Part shown: positions 32,878 to 41,132 of the stretch, one piece after another | Numbering within the stretch: the stretch's first letter is position 1 | How the letters are laid out: each line of letters opens with the position of its first letter | From: Planctomycetota bacterium | Lineage (GTDB): Bacteria; Planctomycetota; B15-G4; JADJEK01 | DNA: 64,000 nt | Assembly: GCA_044225365.1 (NCBI GenBank) | Contig: JBGAIQ010000001.1 | Span: forward strand, 256,001-320,000 | Direction of reading: 5' to 3' | The notes under the pieces: generated by a model | Told to the model about the DNA's origin: nothing | Seen by the model: only the letters and a program-made list of their open reading frames with translations | The model's database searches: none | Made by a program: the position numbers and the translations under genes

Positions 32878-34695
32878 TCACTTCTCTTTCGGTCGCAGAT
32901 AGAACACGAAATCTCCGTCGCCGCCGTTCTCGAGGTAGTTGCACAGCGGTCCGGGACCGTTGCTCTCGAGGGCGTTCTGCTGGAGCCGCGCGAAGAGGCC
33001 GCCGGTCGCAGTGAGCGCCGGCTCATCGCCGTGCAGCGCCTTGACGAACGCTTCGAGGAATGGCGAGTGATCGCGCTCGCCATCGGGCACGCGCTCGTTC
33101 GAGCGGCCCGACGTGATCACGAGATGGGCCTTCGAGGTGAGCATCGCATTGCCCACCACGTTCCCACCGCTGCGGAACTTCGCCATCTTCCCCGAGAAGC
33201 AGCAGTCGAGCATGAGCAGGACGTGCTTCGCCTTGAAGGCGCGGATCCGAGCATTGATGTCGTCGTACGAGATGAGCGTATTCGCATCCTGTGCCGTCTT
33301 GCGCGCGCGGCCATCGACGGGGACGATCCATCCCGTCTTGCTCTCGTCGGGATGCCGTTCGCCGTGGCCCGCGAAGTAGAGCAACACGCGATCGTCGGGC
33401 TTCGTGATGTCTTCGAGGTTCGCGATCTCGGCGAGGAGCCGTTCGCGCGTGGCCGCCGCCCCGATCACCTCGGACACGATCCAGCCTTCCCAACTCATGC
33501 GCTGCAGTTCCGCGGCGACGGCGCGAGCGTCGCGCTCGGCATTCGGGAGCACGGGGAATTGCTGACTCGCACCGTATGCGTCACCGATTCCGATGAGGAG
33601 TGCGTACGACTTGTCGTACTTCGCGGAGTAGATCGAGCCCGTCGTGCTCGCGGTCGTGTCGCCGCCCTCGAGGCGATGGCTGCGAAGCGTGTCGCCTGCC
33701 GATCCCGCCTCGGGCGTGCGATGCATCCACGCGGCGACGGCGAGAGCCGCGCCGAGAAGACTCGCCGCGATCCACGGCAGTCGCCGCGGTGCATGTGCTC
33801 GGGCCGGGCTCGGTGCGTGTTCGACCGGAGTCGTCGGTGCCGTCGCGTCCCCGCTCGCCGCGACCAGGGCGGACTCGAAGTCCCTTGCCGTCTGAAAACG
33901 CTGCATCGGACTGCGCGCGAGGCACCGCAGGATGGCGTCGCTCAGCGCCTGCGGGATCTCTTTCACGACTCGATTCGGCGGAACGGGTGCTTTCCAGCCA
34001 TCCGTTCCGGAGGTCACGAAAGCCTCGACTCCGGTGAGCGCGAGGTAGAGCGAGCATCCGAGCGAGAAGAGGTCGGACCGTGCGTCCGCGGCTTGACCGA
34101 GCCATTGCTCCGGGGCTGGATAGCGCGGCAAGGGCAGCGCGGGATCGGAGGTCGCAGCTTCGTCCACGGATCCGGTGTAGACGATCGAAGACGCGAACCC
34201 GGTCGCGGTCACGAACTTGGTGAAACCGAAACCGACGAGGACCGGTTCGCCGCTCGGCGTCAGCAGGATGTTCTCCGGCGCGATGCCGCGGTGCACGGCA
34301 CCGGCCGCGTGCACGGCGGCGAGGGCGGACGCGATGCCCTTGCCGATCTTCACGACGGAGGACACCGGGAGTCGAGGACTCGTCGCGAGTTGGTCGGCGA
34401 GTCGCTCGCCGGCGACGGGGTCGAGCACCAGGACGGGGATCCCGGCGGCGTCGACGACATCGAGCAACTGGATGACGTTCTCGTGCTTCAGCTTCGCGAG
34501 CGCGCGCGCCTCGCGAAGCACGCTCTGCACTTCCTTCACCGACGAGAGGTGCCGCAGCAAGCCCGGACCCGGCGCCTTCAACAGGACTTCTCGATGAAGG
34601 ACCGTGTCGGTCGCGCGGGCGAGGAACTCGGACGCGTCGTCCCGCAGCGTCTCGAGGATCCGGTATCGCTCGGGCAATCGTGGCGGTGCGGTCAC
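32878..34695 (-). CDS. Pseudokinase - TM - caspase-like (peptidase C14) fusion protein
   Basis: Kinase fold (REARA, APEQ, RSDLFSLG) with HRD>HRG and DFG>GFG; TM WIAASLLGAALAVAAW; C14 motifs ALLIGI, YFAGHG, LDCCFSG; GTG start with GGAG RBS. Confidence 0.85.
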   Translation of the reverse strand: MTAPPRLPERYRILETLRDDASEFLARATDTVLHREVLLKAPGPGLLRHLSSVKEVQSVLREARALAKLKHENVIQLLDVVDAAGIPVLVLDPVAGERLADQLATSPRLPVSSVVKIGKGIASALAAVHAAGAVHRGIAPENILLTPSGEPVLVGFGFTKFVTATGFASSIVYTGSVDEAATSDPALPLPRYPAPEQWLGQAADARSDLFSLGCSLYLALTGVEAFVTSGTDGWKAPVPPNRVVKEIPQALSDAILRCLARSPMQRFQTARDFESALVAASGDATAPTTPVEHAPSPARAHAPRRLPWIAASLLGAALAVAAWMHRTPEAGSAGDTLRSHRLEGGDTTASTTGSIYSAKYDKSYALLIGIGDAYGASQQFPVLPNAERDARAVAAELQRMSWEGWIVSEVIGAAATRERLLAEIANLEDITKPDDRVLLYFAGHGERHPDESKTGWIVPVDGRARKTAQDANTLISYDDINARIRAFKAKHVLLMLDCCFSGKMAKFRSGGNVVGNAMLTSKAHLVITSGRSNERVPDGERDHSPFLEAFVKALHGDEPALTATGGLFARLQQNALESNGPGPLCNYLENGGDGDFVFYLRPKEK

Positions 34696-34890
34696 GGCGA
34701 CTCCAGAGGCCGCGGGTGGAGTCTGCCCACGACCGCCCCCGATCGTATCGACTTCTTGCCCCGACCGGGAGTCGTGGATCGGCCGCGGCGATCGTCGATT
34801 GGCCGCTCGCGGAATTCTCGACGCGGTGGTATGAACTTCGATGAATCTTGCTTCCCACTCCCCTGGAACGAGCGGAGGATCGTCGAGCAA

Positions 34891-37638
34891 ATGCGGTCGA
34901 ACGCACGACAAGGGAGATCCTTCCGGTTCGCGCTCACCGCTGCGCTCGCAGCTCACTCGATGGGCGGACCGATCCACGCGGAGGAGCGTAGGGACGAAAC
35001 TCGGCCGTGGGCGCTCGCACCGCTCGCGAGGCCAAAGGTCCCATGGAGCGCGGGCGGAACTTCAGCGATCGATGCATTCCTGAACGCGAAGATCGGCGCG
35101 GCCGGACTGGCCATGCGTCCTCCCGCCGACCGCGCGACGCTCCTGCGGCGCGTTCGATTCGACCTGACGGGACTCCCGCCGACGCCGGAGGAGATCGACG
35201 CGTTCGTGAACGATCCGGACGAGCACGCGTACGAGCATCTCGTCGATCGCTTGCTCGCGGATCCTGCGCTCGGCGAACGCTTCGGACGCTCGTGGCTCGA
35301 CATCGCGCGCTTCACCGAGAGCCAGGGATTCGAGTACGACCGGCTGCGCGATCGCGCCTATCCGTATCGCGACTTCGTCGTCGCCGCGATGAACGACGAC
35401 ATGCCGTACGATCGCTTCATGCGGCTCCAGATCGCCGGCGACGTCACGGAGCCGGTCACACGCGACGGCATCGTGGCCACCGGATTCCTGGTGTGCGGTC
35501 CGTGGGACGAAGCCGGGAACGGGCAAGCCAACGCGACGCAGCGCGCGATCACGCGGCAGGACGAACTCGAGGATCTCCTCAGCGTCGTCGGTCAGGGCCT
35601 CCTCGGCTTCACCGTCAACTGTGCGCGCTGCCACGATCACAAATTCGACCCGATTCCGCGACTCGACTACTACCGCATGCAGAGCGTCTTCGCCGGCGTG
35701 CGACACGGGGAGCGTCCTCTGCTGTCCGACGCCGCGATCTCGGCGCGCGAGAAGTCGATCGCGGCGCTCGACCTGCAGTCGAAGACTCTCGAGATCGAGT
35801 CGAGTCGCATCGCATCGATCGGCGTGGCGCGGGTGCGAGCGACGCGCAAGTCCGCGCGTTCGAGCGAAGGCCACGAGCACCCGCGATCTCCGGCGCCGGC
35901 TCCTTACCGGCGGTGGCGATTCGACGATGCGCCGACGGGATCGGACGTGACCCTGCCGTTCGAGCTGTACGGCGCGGCGCGGATCGAAGGGGGCCGCCTC
36001 GTCCTCGACGGGCGCGATGCGTACGCCGCGACGGAGCCGATCGAGAAGGACCTCACCGAGAAGACGCTCGAGGCGTTCGTCGCGCTGTCGGCGACCGCGC
36101 AGGGCGGCGGGGCGGCGATCTCGATCGAAGCCGCGGGCGGTCAGCAGTTCGATGCCATCGTTTTCGGCGAGCGCCAGGCGGGGAAGTGGATCGCGGGCAG
36201 CAACGGCTTCGTGCGCACGCAGGATCTCGACGCCGATGCGGAGAGCGCGGGAGCCGACGAGATCGTCCAGGTTGCGATCGTCTATCGCGGCGATGGGACG
36301 ATCGCGGTCTATCGCAACGGCGCCGCGTACGGCACACCGTGGCGTCCCGGGGAATCACCGGTGACGTTCTTGCGAGGAGACGCTCGCGTCCTGTTCGGAC
36401 TGCGCCACCACGGGGGCGCCAATGCATTCCTTCGCGGTGCGATCGAGGAAGCCGCGCTCTACGACCGGGCGCTCACGCCCGACGAAGTGCGGGCATCCTT
36501 CGATGCGGTCGAACCGTCGTCGCTCACGGTGAGCCGTGCCGAAGCGCTGGCCGCCCTCACGGTGGACGAACGTTCGGAGCTCGCTCGGATCGAGCAATCG
36601 ATCCAGGGCGTAAAGCTCGAGCGGGACGCGATCGCGCCGCTCGAGAGCGGCTACGTCGGCAGGCGCGAGCAGCCCGAGCCGACTCGCGAATTGCGACGCG
36701 GCGACGTGACGATGCCGGGCGAGGTCGTGACGCCCGGCGCTCTGTCGTGCGTGACGACGCTCGATTCGGATTTTCATCTGCCACCCGATGCGAAGGAGTC
36801 CGATCGTCGCATCGCCTTCGCCGATTGGCTCACGAGCGAGCGAAACCCGCTTCCGGCGCGCGTCATCGTGAATCGAATCTGGCAATGGCACTTCGGCCGT
36901 GGCCTCGTTGCGACGCCGAGCGATTTCGGAACGAATTCCGGCACGCCGTCTCATCCGGAGTTGCTCGACTGGCTCGCGAGCGAGCTCGTCGATTCCGGGT
37001 TCCACCTGAAGGCGATCCATCGTCTCATCGTCCTCTCGGCCGCTTATCGGCAGACGGCGGCGTCCGATTCCGTGGCGCGGAGCATCGATGCGGACGATCG
37101 GTGGCTGTGGCGATTCCCGCCGCGTCGACTCGATGCGGAGATGGTGCGCGACGCGATCCTCGCAGTGAGCGGCGCGCTCGATCGCACGATCGGAGGTACG
37201 AGCTTTCGGCCGTTCACCGTGCTGCCGTTCCCTGCGAACGCGTATCCACCGGCCATCGAGGATCGCGACGAGTTCCATCGCCGCAGCCTCTACCGGATGA
37301 ACGTCAATTCGGGCAAGGACACCCTTCTCGACGCGTTCGACTGCCCGGATCCCTCGATCAAGACGCCGACGCGCAGTCGAACCACCACGCCGCTCCAGGC
37401 ACTCGTGATGATGAACGATCCGTTCGTGCTGCGCGAGTCGAAGCGGTTCGCGGCGCGGATCCTCGCTGAAGCTCACGGCGACGTCGAATCGGCGATCGTT
37501 CGCGGCTTCGAGTTCGCATTCGGGCGGGTGCCCCGTGCCGAAGAACTCACCGATGCGATTGCACTCGTTCGCGCGCACGGACTCGACGCGCTCACCTGGT
37601 CGCTCTTCAACGCTTCGGAGTTCGTGGATGTCCGCTGA
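34891..37638 (+). CDS. Planctomycete DUF1549 (PSCyt2) / DUF1553 (PSD1) protein with LamG-like insert
   Basis: LLRRVRFDLTGLPPT, WLDIARF, CARCHDHKFDP (CxxCH), ARVIVNRIWQWHFGRG, HPELLDWLA, TTTPLQAL; start uncertain (34831 or 34891). Confidence 0.9.
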   Translation: MRSNARQGRSFRFALTAALAAHSMGGPIHAEERRDETRPWALAPLARPKVPWSAGGTSAIDAFLNAKIGAAGLAMRPPADRATLLRRVRFDLTGLPPTPEEIDAFVNDPDEHAYEHLVDRLLADPALGERFGRSWLDIARFTESQGFEYDRLRDRAYPYRDFVVAAMNDDMPYDRFMRLQIAGDVTEPVTRDGIVATGFLVCGPWDEAGNGQANATQRAITRQDELEDLLSVVGQGLLGFTVNCARCHDHKFDPIPRLDYYRMQSVFAGVRHGERPLLSDAAISAREKSIAALDLQSKTLEIESSRIASIGVARVRATRKSARSSEGHEHPRSPAPAPYRRWRFDDAPTGSDVTLPFELYGAARIEGGRLVLDGRDAYAATEPIEKDLTEKTLEAFVALSATAQGGGAAISIEAAGGQQFDAIVFGERQAGKWIAGSNGFVRTQDLDADAESAGADEIVQVAIVYRGDGTIAVYRNGAAYGTPWRPGESPVTFLRGDARVLFGLRHHGGANAFLRGAIEEAALYDRALTPDEVRASFDAVEPSSLTVSRAEALAALTVDERSELARIEQSIQGVKLERDAIAPLESGYVGRREQPEPTRELRRGDVTMPGEVVTPGALSCVTTLDSDFHLPPDAKESDRRIAFADWLTSERNPLPARVIVNRIWQWHFGRGLVATPSDFGTNSGTPSHPELLDWLASELVDSGFHLKAIHRLIVLSAAYRQTAASDSVARSIDADDRWLWRFPPRRLDAEMVRDAILAVSGALDRTIGGTSFRPFTVLPFPANAYPPAIEDRDEFHRRSLYRMNVNSGKDTLLDAFDCPDPSIKTPTRSRTTTPLQALVMMNDPFVLRESKRFAARILAEAHGDVESAIVRGFEFAFGRVPRAEELTDAIALVRAHGLDALTWSLFNASEFVDVR

Positions 37639-40090
37639 ACCCCGACGCGACGGACCGCGCACGCGGCGCCAATGGATCGGCGAGACGGGAAGCGGCCTCG
37701 CGGGTATCGCGTTGTCGTGGCTGCTCGCACGCGACACGCGAGCTTCGTCCATCGCGGGAGTGCGCGCGCCCGGTCCGCACTTCGCACCGCGCACGAAGCG
37801 CGTGATCCAGATCTTCTGCGCGGGAGGTGTGAGCCATCTCGATACGTTCGACTGGAAGGAGGATCTCGCGAGGCACGACGGCGGCGAACTCGTCGGTAAG
37901 GGCGAGAACAAGGGCTTCTTCGGTCAGCCGGGGCACTTGATGCGCAGCGCGTACGAATTCGCGCGGCGCGGCGAATCCGGTCAGTTCGTGAGCTCGCTCC
38001 TACCGCACATCGGCAGCATCGCGGACGAGCTGTGCATCGTGCGATCGATGGTGAGCAAGAGCAACAACCACACGCCCGCGTCGTTCCAGATGAACAGCGG
38101 ATTCACACTGAACGGATTTCCGTGCATGGGATCCTGGATCAGTTACGGGCTGGGCAGTAGCAACGAAGATCTGCCGACATTCGTCGTGTTCCCCGATCCG
38201 CGAGGCATGCCCGCGGGTGGCTCGATCAACTGGACGTCGGGCTTCCTGCCCGCGCAGCATCAAGGCGTACCGTTCGCGTCCGGCAAGAACGACGGCGCAC
38301 CGATCCGCGACCTAGAGACCCCGAACGATGTCGAGCGAGCGGGGCGCGACTCGGCGCGCGCCTTCCGCGATCGGCTCGACCGCTCCGCGGCGAGCGCGCT
38401 CGGCGGCGACGACGAACTCGAGACGCGCATCCGTTCGTACGAGCTGGCAGCGCGCATGCAGGCGAGCGTGCCCGAAGCGATCGCCCTCGAAACCGAGAGC
38501 GAGGAAACGCGACGCCTCTACGGGCTCGACGATCCGCGCTGCGGGGCGTTCGCGCGGAACTGCCTGCTCGCGAGACGGCTCGTCGAACGCGGCACCCGAT
38601 TCGTACAGCTCTGGAACGGCGGCGCATTCGGTTCGCCCCGAATCAACTGGGACGGTCATGAGTCGCTGAAGGAGAATCACGACGCGCAGGCCGCGACGAT
38701 GGACCGACCGGTCGCGGCCCTCATCGTCGATCTGAAGCGCCGCGGAATGCTCGACGACACGCTCGTGTTGTGGACGACCGAATTCGGCCGCTCGCCCGCG
38801 ACGCAGGGCATCGGATCGTTCGGTCGCGACCACCATCCGGATGCCTTCACGTGCTTCCTCGCCGGTGGCGGAGTGAAGGCAGGAATCGCTCATGGCGAGA
38901 CCGACGAGATCGGTTACTTCGTCGGCCGGGATCCGGTGACGATCTACGACTTCCACGCGACGGTGCTGCATCTGCTCGGACTCGATCACAAGAGACTCAC
39001 CTGGTATCACAACGGTATCGCAGAGGAGAGGTCGGAGAGCATCGATCGTCGCGACGTGCTGCTGGACGCGATGCGCAGTGTGTCGATCCTCCGGGTCGTG
39101 CTCTTCCACACTCTCGGTCGCTTCGGAGACGACGCGATCCTGCTCCTCAGCTTCGTGCTGCCCGGTATGCCCATCGTGTTCTTCGTGAGCGGTGCGCTCG
39201 CGTACGGCGCGCTCACCAAGCCGAGCCGAACGGGTCCGAACAGCGAATCGAGGTTCTTCGTCGCGCAGAGATTCTGGAGCGCGCGCCTGCGCCGGCTCCT
39301 CGTGCCGTTCTGGATCTACGCACTCTGCGTCGTCCCGCTCTTCCTCGTGGCGGACGCGCGTACTGATCACCCATGGCACGCGTTCGACGAATCGGTGGCT
39401 TGGCGCTGGGCGCTGCCCTTGCTCGAACCGCTCGCGAGTCCGGCATTGAAGGGCCTCGCGTTGCATCTGTGGTTCGTTCCGCCCTTCGTCTGGTTGCTAT
39501 TCGTCGCGCCGGTCGCGGTCGCTCTGCACGCGAGAGTGAGGTTCCTCGGTGCGGCTCTCACCTTCGTCGCCGCCTGCATCGTGGAGACTTGGTTCCCGGA
39601 AGTCTCGGGCACTCTCCGCAACACCTTGGTCTTCGGTTTCGCTTTCCAGGTTGGATTCCTGTTCGCCGACGGGTCGCTGGCGCGGCTCTCCATTTCGCGG
39701 AACATCGCGCTCGCGATCGGTTCGTTCGCTGCCGGGATCGTCTGGCATGGGCGCGTTGCGGAGAAGGCGATCCTCAACTCCGTACCGCTGGCGCACGTGC
39801 TCGTCGGCTTGGCGGCGGTTCCGCTCTGGCTCTCCCTCCGCGAGGTCGTCGTGCGCGGGTTCCAGGCTCCGACGCTCGCGGCCGCGAGCCGCGCGGTCAA
39901 CCTTCGCGCGTACACGTTGTTCCTATGGGGACCTGCCGCGAACGAGGCCGCCTGGCGCATCGCGCGCGCCGCGCCGCCGTCGCTCGTCGTTCCCGCGTAC
40001 TTCGTCGCGACTGCACTCTGCATCGTGACGCTCGCCCGCATCTTCGGACGGTTCGAGGACTTCGCCCGGCGACGTCCTTCGATGAAGTAG
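37628..40090 (+). CDS. DUF1501 protein (Tat signal) fused in frame to an acyltransferase-3-like polytopic membrane domain
   Basis: TRRQW Tat motif, GGVSHLDTFD.K, WDGH, EFGRSP, GRDHHP, D.HAT.LHLLG.DH..LT; then D.MR...ILRVV.FH, MP.FFVSG, R.RRL..P, HLWF. Confidence 0.8.
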   Translation: MSAEPRRDGPRTRRQWIGETGSGLAGIALSWLLARDTRASSIAGVRAPGPHFAPRTKRVIQIFCAGGVSHLDTFDWKEDLARHDGGELVGKGENKGFFGQPGHLMRSAYEFARRGESGQFVSSLLPHIGSIADELCIVRSMVSKSNNHTPASFQMNSGFTLNGFPCMGSWISYGLGSSNEDLPTFVVFPDPRGMPAGGSINWTSGFLPAQHQGVPFASGKNDGAPIRDLETPNDVERAGRDSARAFRDRLDRSAASALGGDDELETRIRSYELAARMQASVPEAIALETESEETRRLYGLDDPRCGAFARNCLLARRLVERGTRFVQLWNGGAFGSPRINWDGHESLKENHDAQAATMDRPVAALIVDLKRRGMLDDTLVLWTTEFGRSPATQGIGSFGRDHHPDAFTCFLAGGGVKAGIAHGETDEIGYFVGRDPVTIYDFHATVLHLLGLDHKRLTWYHNGIAEERSESIDRRDVLLDAMRSVSILRVVLFHTLGRFGDDAILLLSFVLPGMPIVFFVSGALAYGALTKPSRTGPNSESRFFVAQRFWSARLRRLLVPFWIYALCVVPLFLVADARTDHPWHAFDESVAWRWALPLLEPLASPALKGLALHLWFVPPFVWLLFVAPVAVALHARVRFLGAALTFVAACIVETWFPEVSGTLRNTLVFGFAFQVGFLFADGSLARLSISRNIALAIGSFAAGIVWHGRVAEKAILNSVPLAHVLVGLAAVPLWLSLREVVVRGFQAPTLAAASRAVNLRAYTLFLWGPAANEAAWRIARAAPPSLVVPAYFVATALCIVTLARIFGRFEDFARRRPSMK

Positions 40091-40178
40091 GGAGACGATC
40101 GGCTCGAACGGAGCGTCGGGCTCCGCCCAGCCGCGTGGATGAGATGCCGGGCGGAGCCCGGCGGTCCCTCGTGGTAGA

Positions 40179-41048
40179 TTGTCGCTCGGTGAAACGACCC
40201 ATGTGGGATCCGCCCCGAGTCCTGTGACGTCGCTCGACACCATCGTCCGCCGGCCGATCGACGAAGAACGGCGCCGCGAACTCGACGCCCGATTCGGAGC
40301 TGTTCCGAATCGATATCGCCCGTCGTTTCTGAGTGGAAACCTCACTTTCTTCGTCCTCTGGTTCCTCGTGATTGCTCCCTGTCATTCCACGTCGCATTTC
40401 ACTGCAACGTGTACGGGCCCCGATGACGAGCCGCTGCGCGACATCACCTTCTGGTACGAGTCGAGCCGGACGGAAGGGGCGGTCACCTATGGCGGCATCC
40501 TCGGTTCCGTCGTGTCGCACTTCGATCCCGTCAGCGGGAAGTTCGAGATCTTCGGTGATCGGCCGATCGAGGGGGGCTCCGAGGTCCGACTCGTCGCTCA
40601 CTCCGATTCGCTCGGGTGCGTCGAACTCGCCTGTGCGCCGGATGCGCGGGACGTGTCCTTTCGCTTCGAGCGCCCGGGGGCAATCGAAGTCCGATTCGCT
40701 TCCGGGCCGGCGGAAGGCGAGCGCCGATTCGTGTACTTGTTCGGGAGCGGCATCGCGCACTGGACGCCTCGTCGGAACTTCGAAACGTCGACCAGGTTCA
40801 CGCCGCTCCAGCCGGGAGAGTATCAAGTGATCTCGGAGATCGAAGACGCGCCGAAGCTCGTCGTGTCGAGCGAGGGCTCGCAAACGACGAGCGTCGATGC
40901 TCGAGGCTTCGGAACCGGAAGAGCGCAGGCCTTCGCCGGGCGGCTCGCCAAGTCGGCGCGGCGCGACGGAGGATCCTCCGCGAAGATCGAGCTCGGGAGC
41001 GGCGAGCTCGCCCGAGTCCAACTCGAACCTCGCACCAGGGGGCCGTAG
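40179..41048 (+). CDS. Hypothetical membrane-anchored/exported protein with beta-rich domains
   Basis: ORF fills the gap in the same orientation; hydrophobic segment LTFFVLWFLVIAP; 'LQPGEYQV' Ig-like strand; start uncertain. Confidence 0.5.
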   Translation: MSLGETTHVGSAPSPVTSLDTIVRRPIDEERRRELDARFGAVPNRYRPSFLSGNLTFFVLWFLVIAPCHSTSHFTATCTGPDDEPLRDITFWYESSRTEGAVTYGGILGSVVSHFDPVSGKFEIFGDRPIEGGSEVRLVAHSDSLGCVELACAPDARDVSFRFERPGAIEVRFASGPAEGERRFVYLFGSGIAHWTPRRNFETSTRFTPLQPGEYQVISEIEDAPKLVVSSEGSQTTSVDARGFGTGRAQAFAGRLAKSARRDGGSSAKIELGSGELARVQLEPRTRGP

Positions 41049-41132
41049 CGGTTCGGTCGATTCTGAGCTACGATTCGGGACCTAGGGTCAGGTCGTTCGT
41101 TTCGCAATCTTCGTTCCCCGACGAGTCCACTC

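Noticed and set aside
31723-34890. N-terminal ~1050 aa of the 1971-aa plus-strand ORF
   Set aside because: It is antisense to the S9 peptidase and pseudokinase-caspase genes. Only the part from about 34891 has recognisable PSD1 motifs, so this is not a giant fusion.
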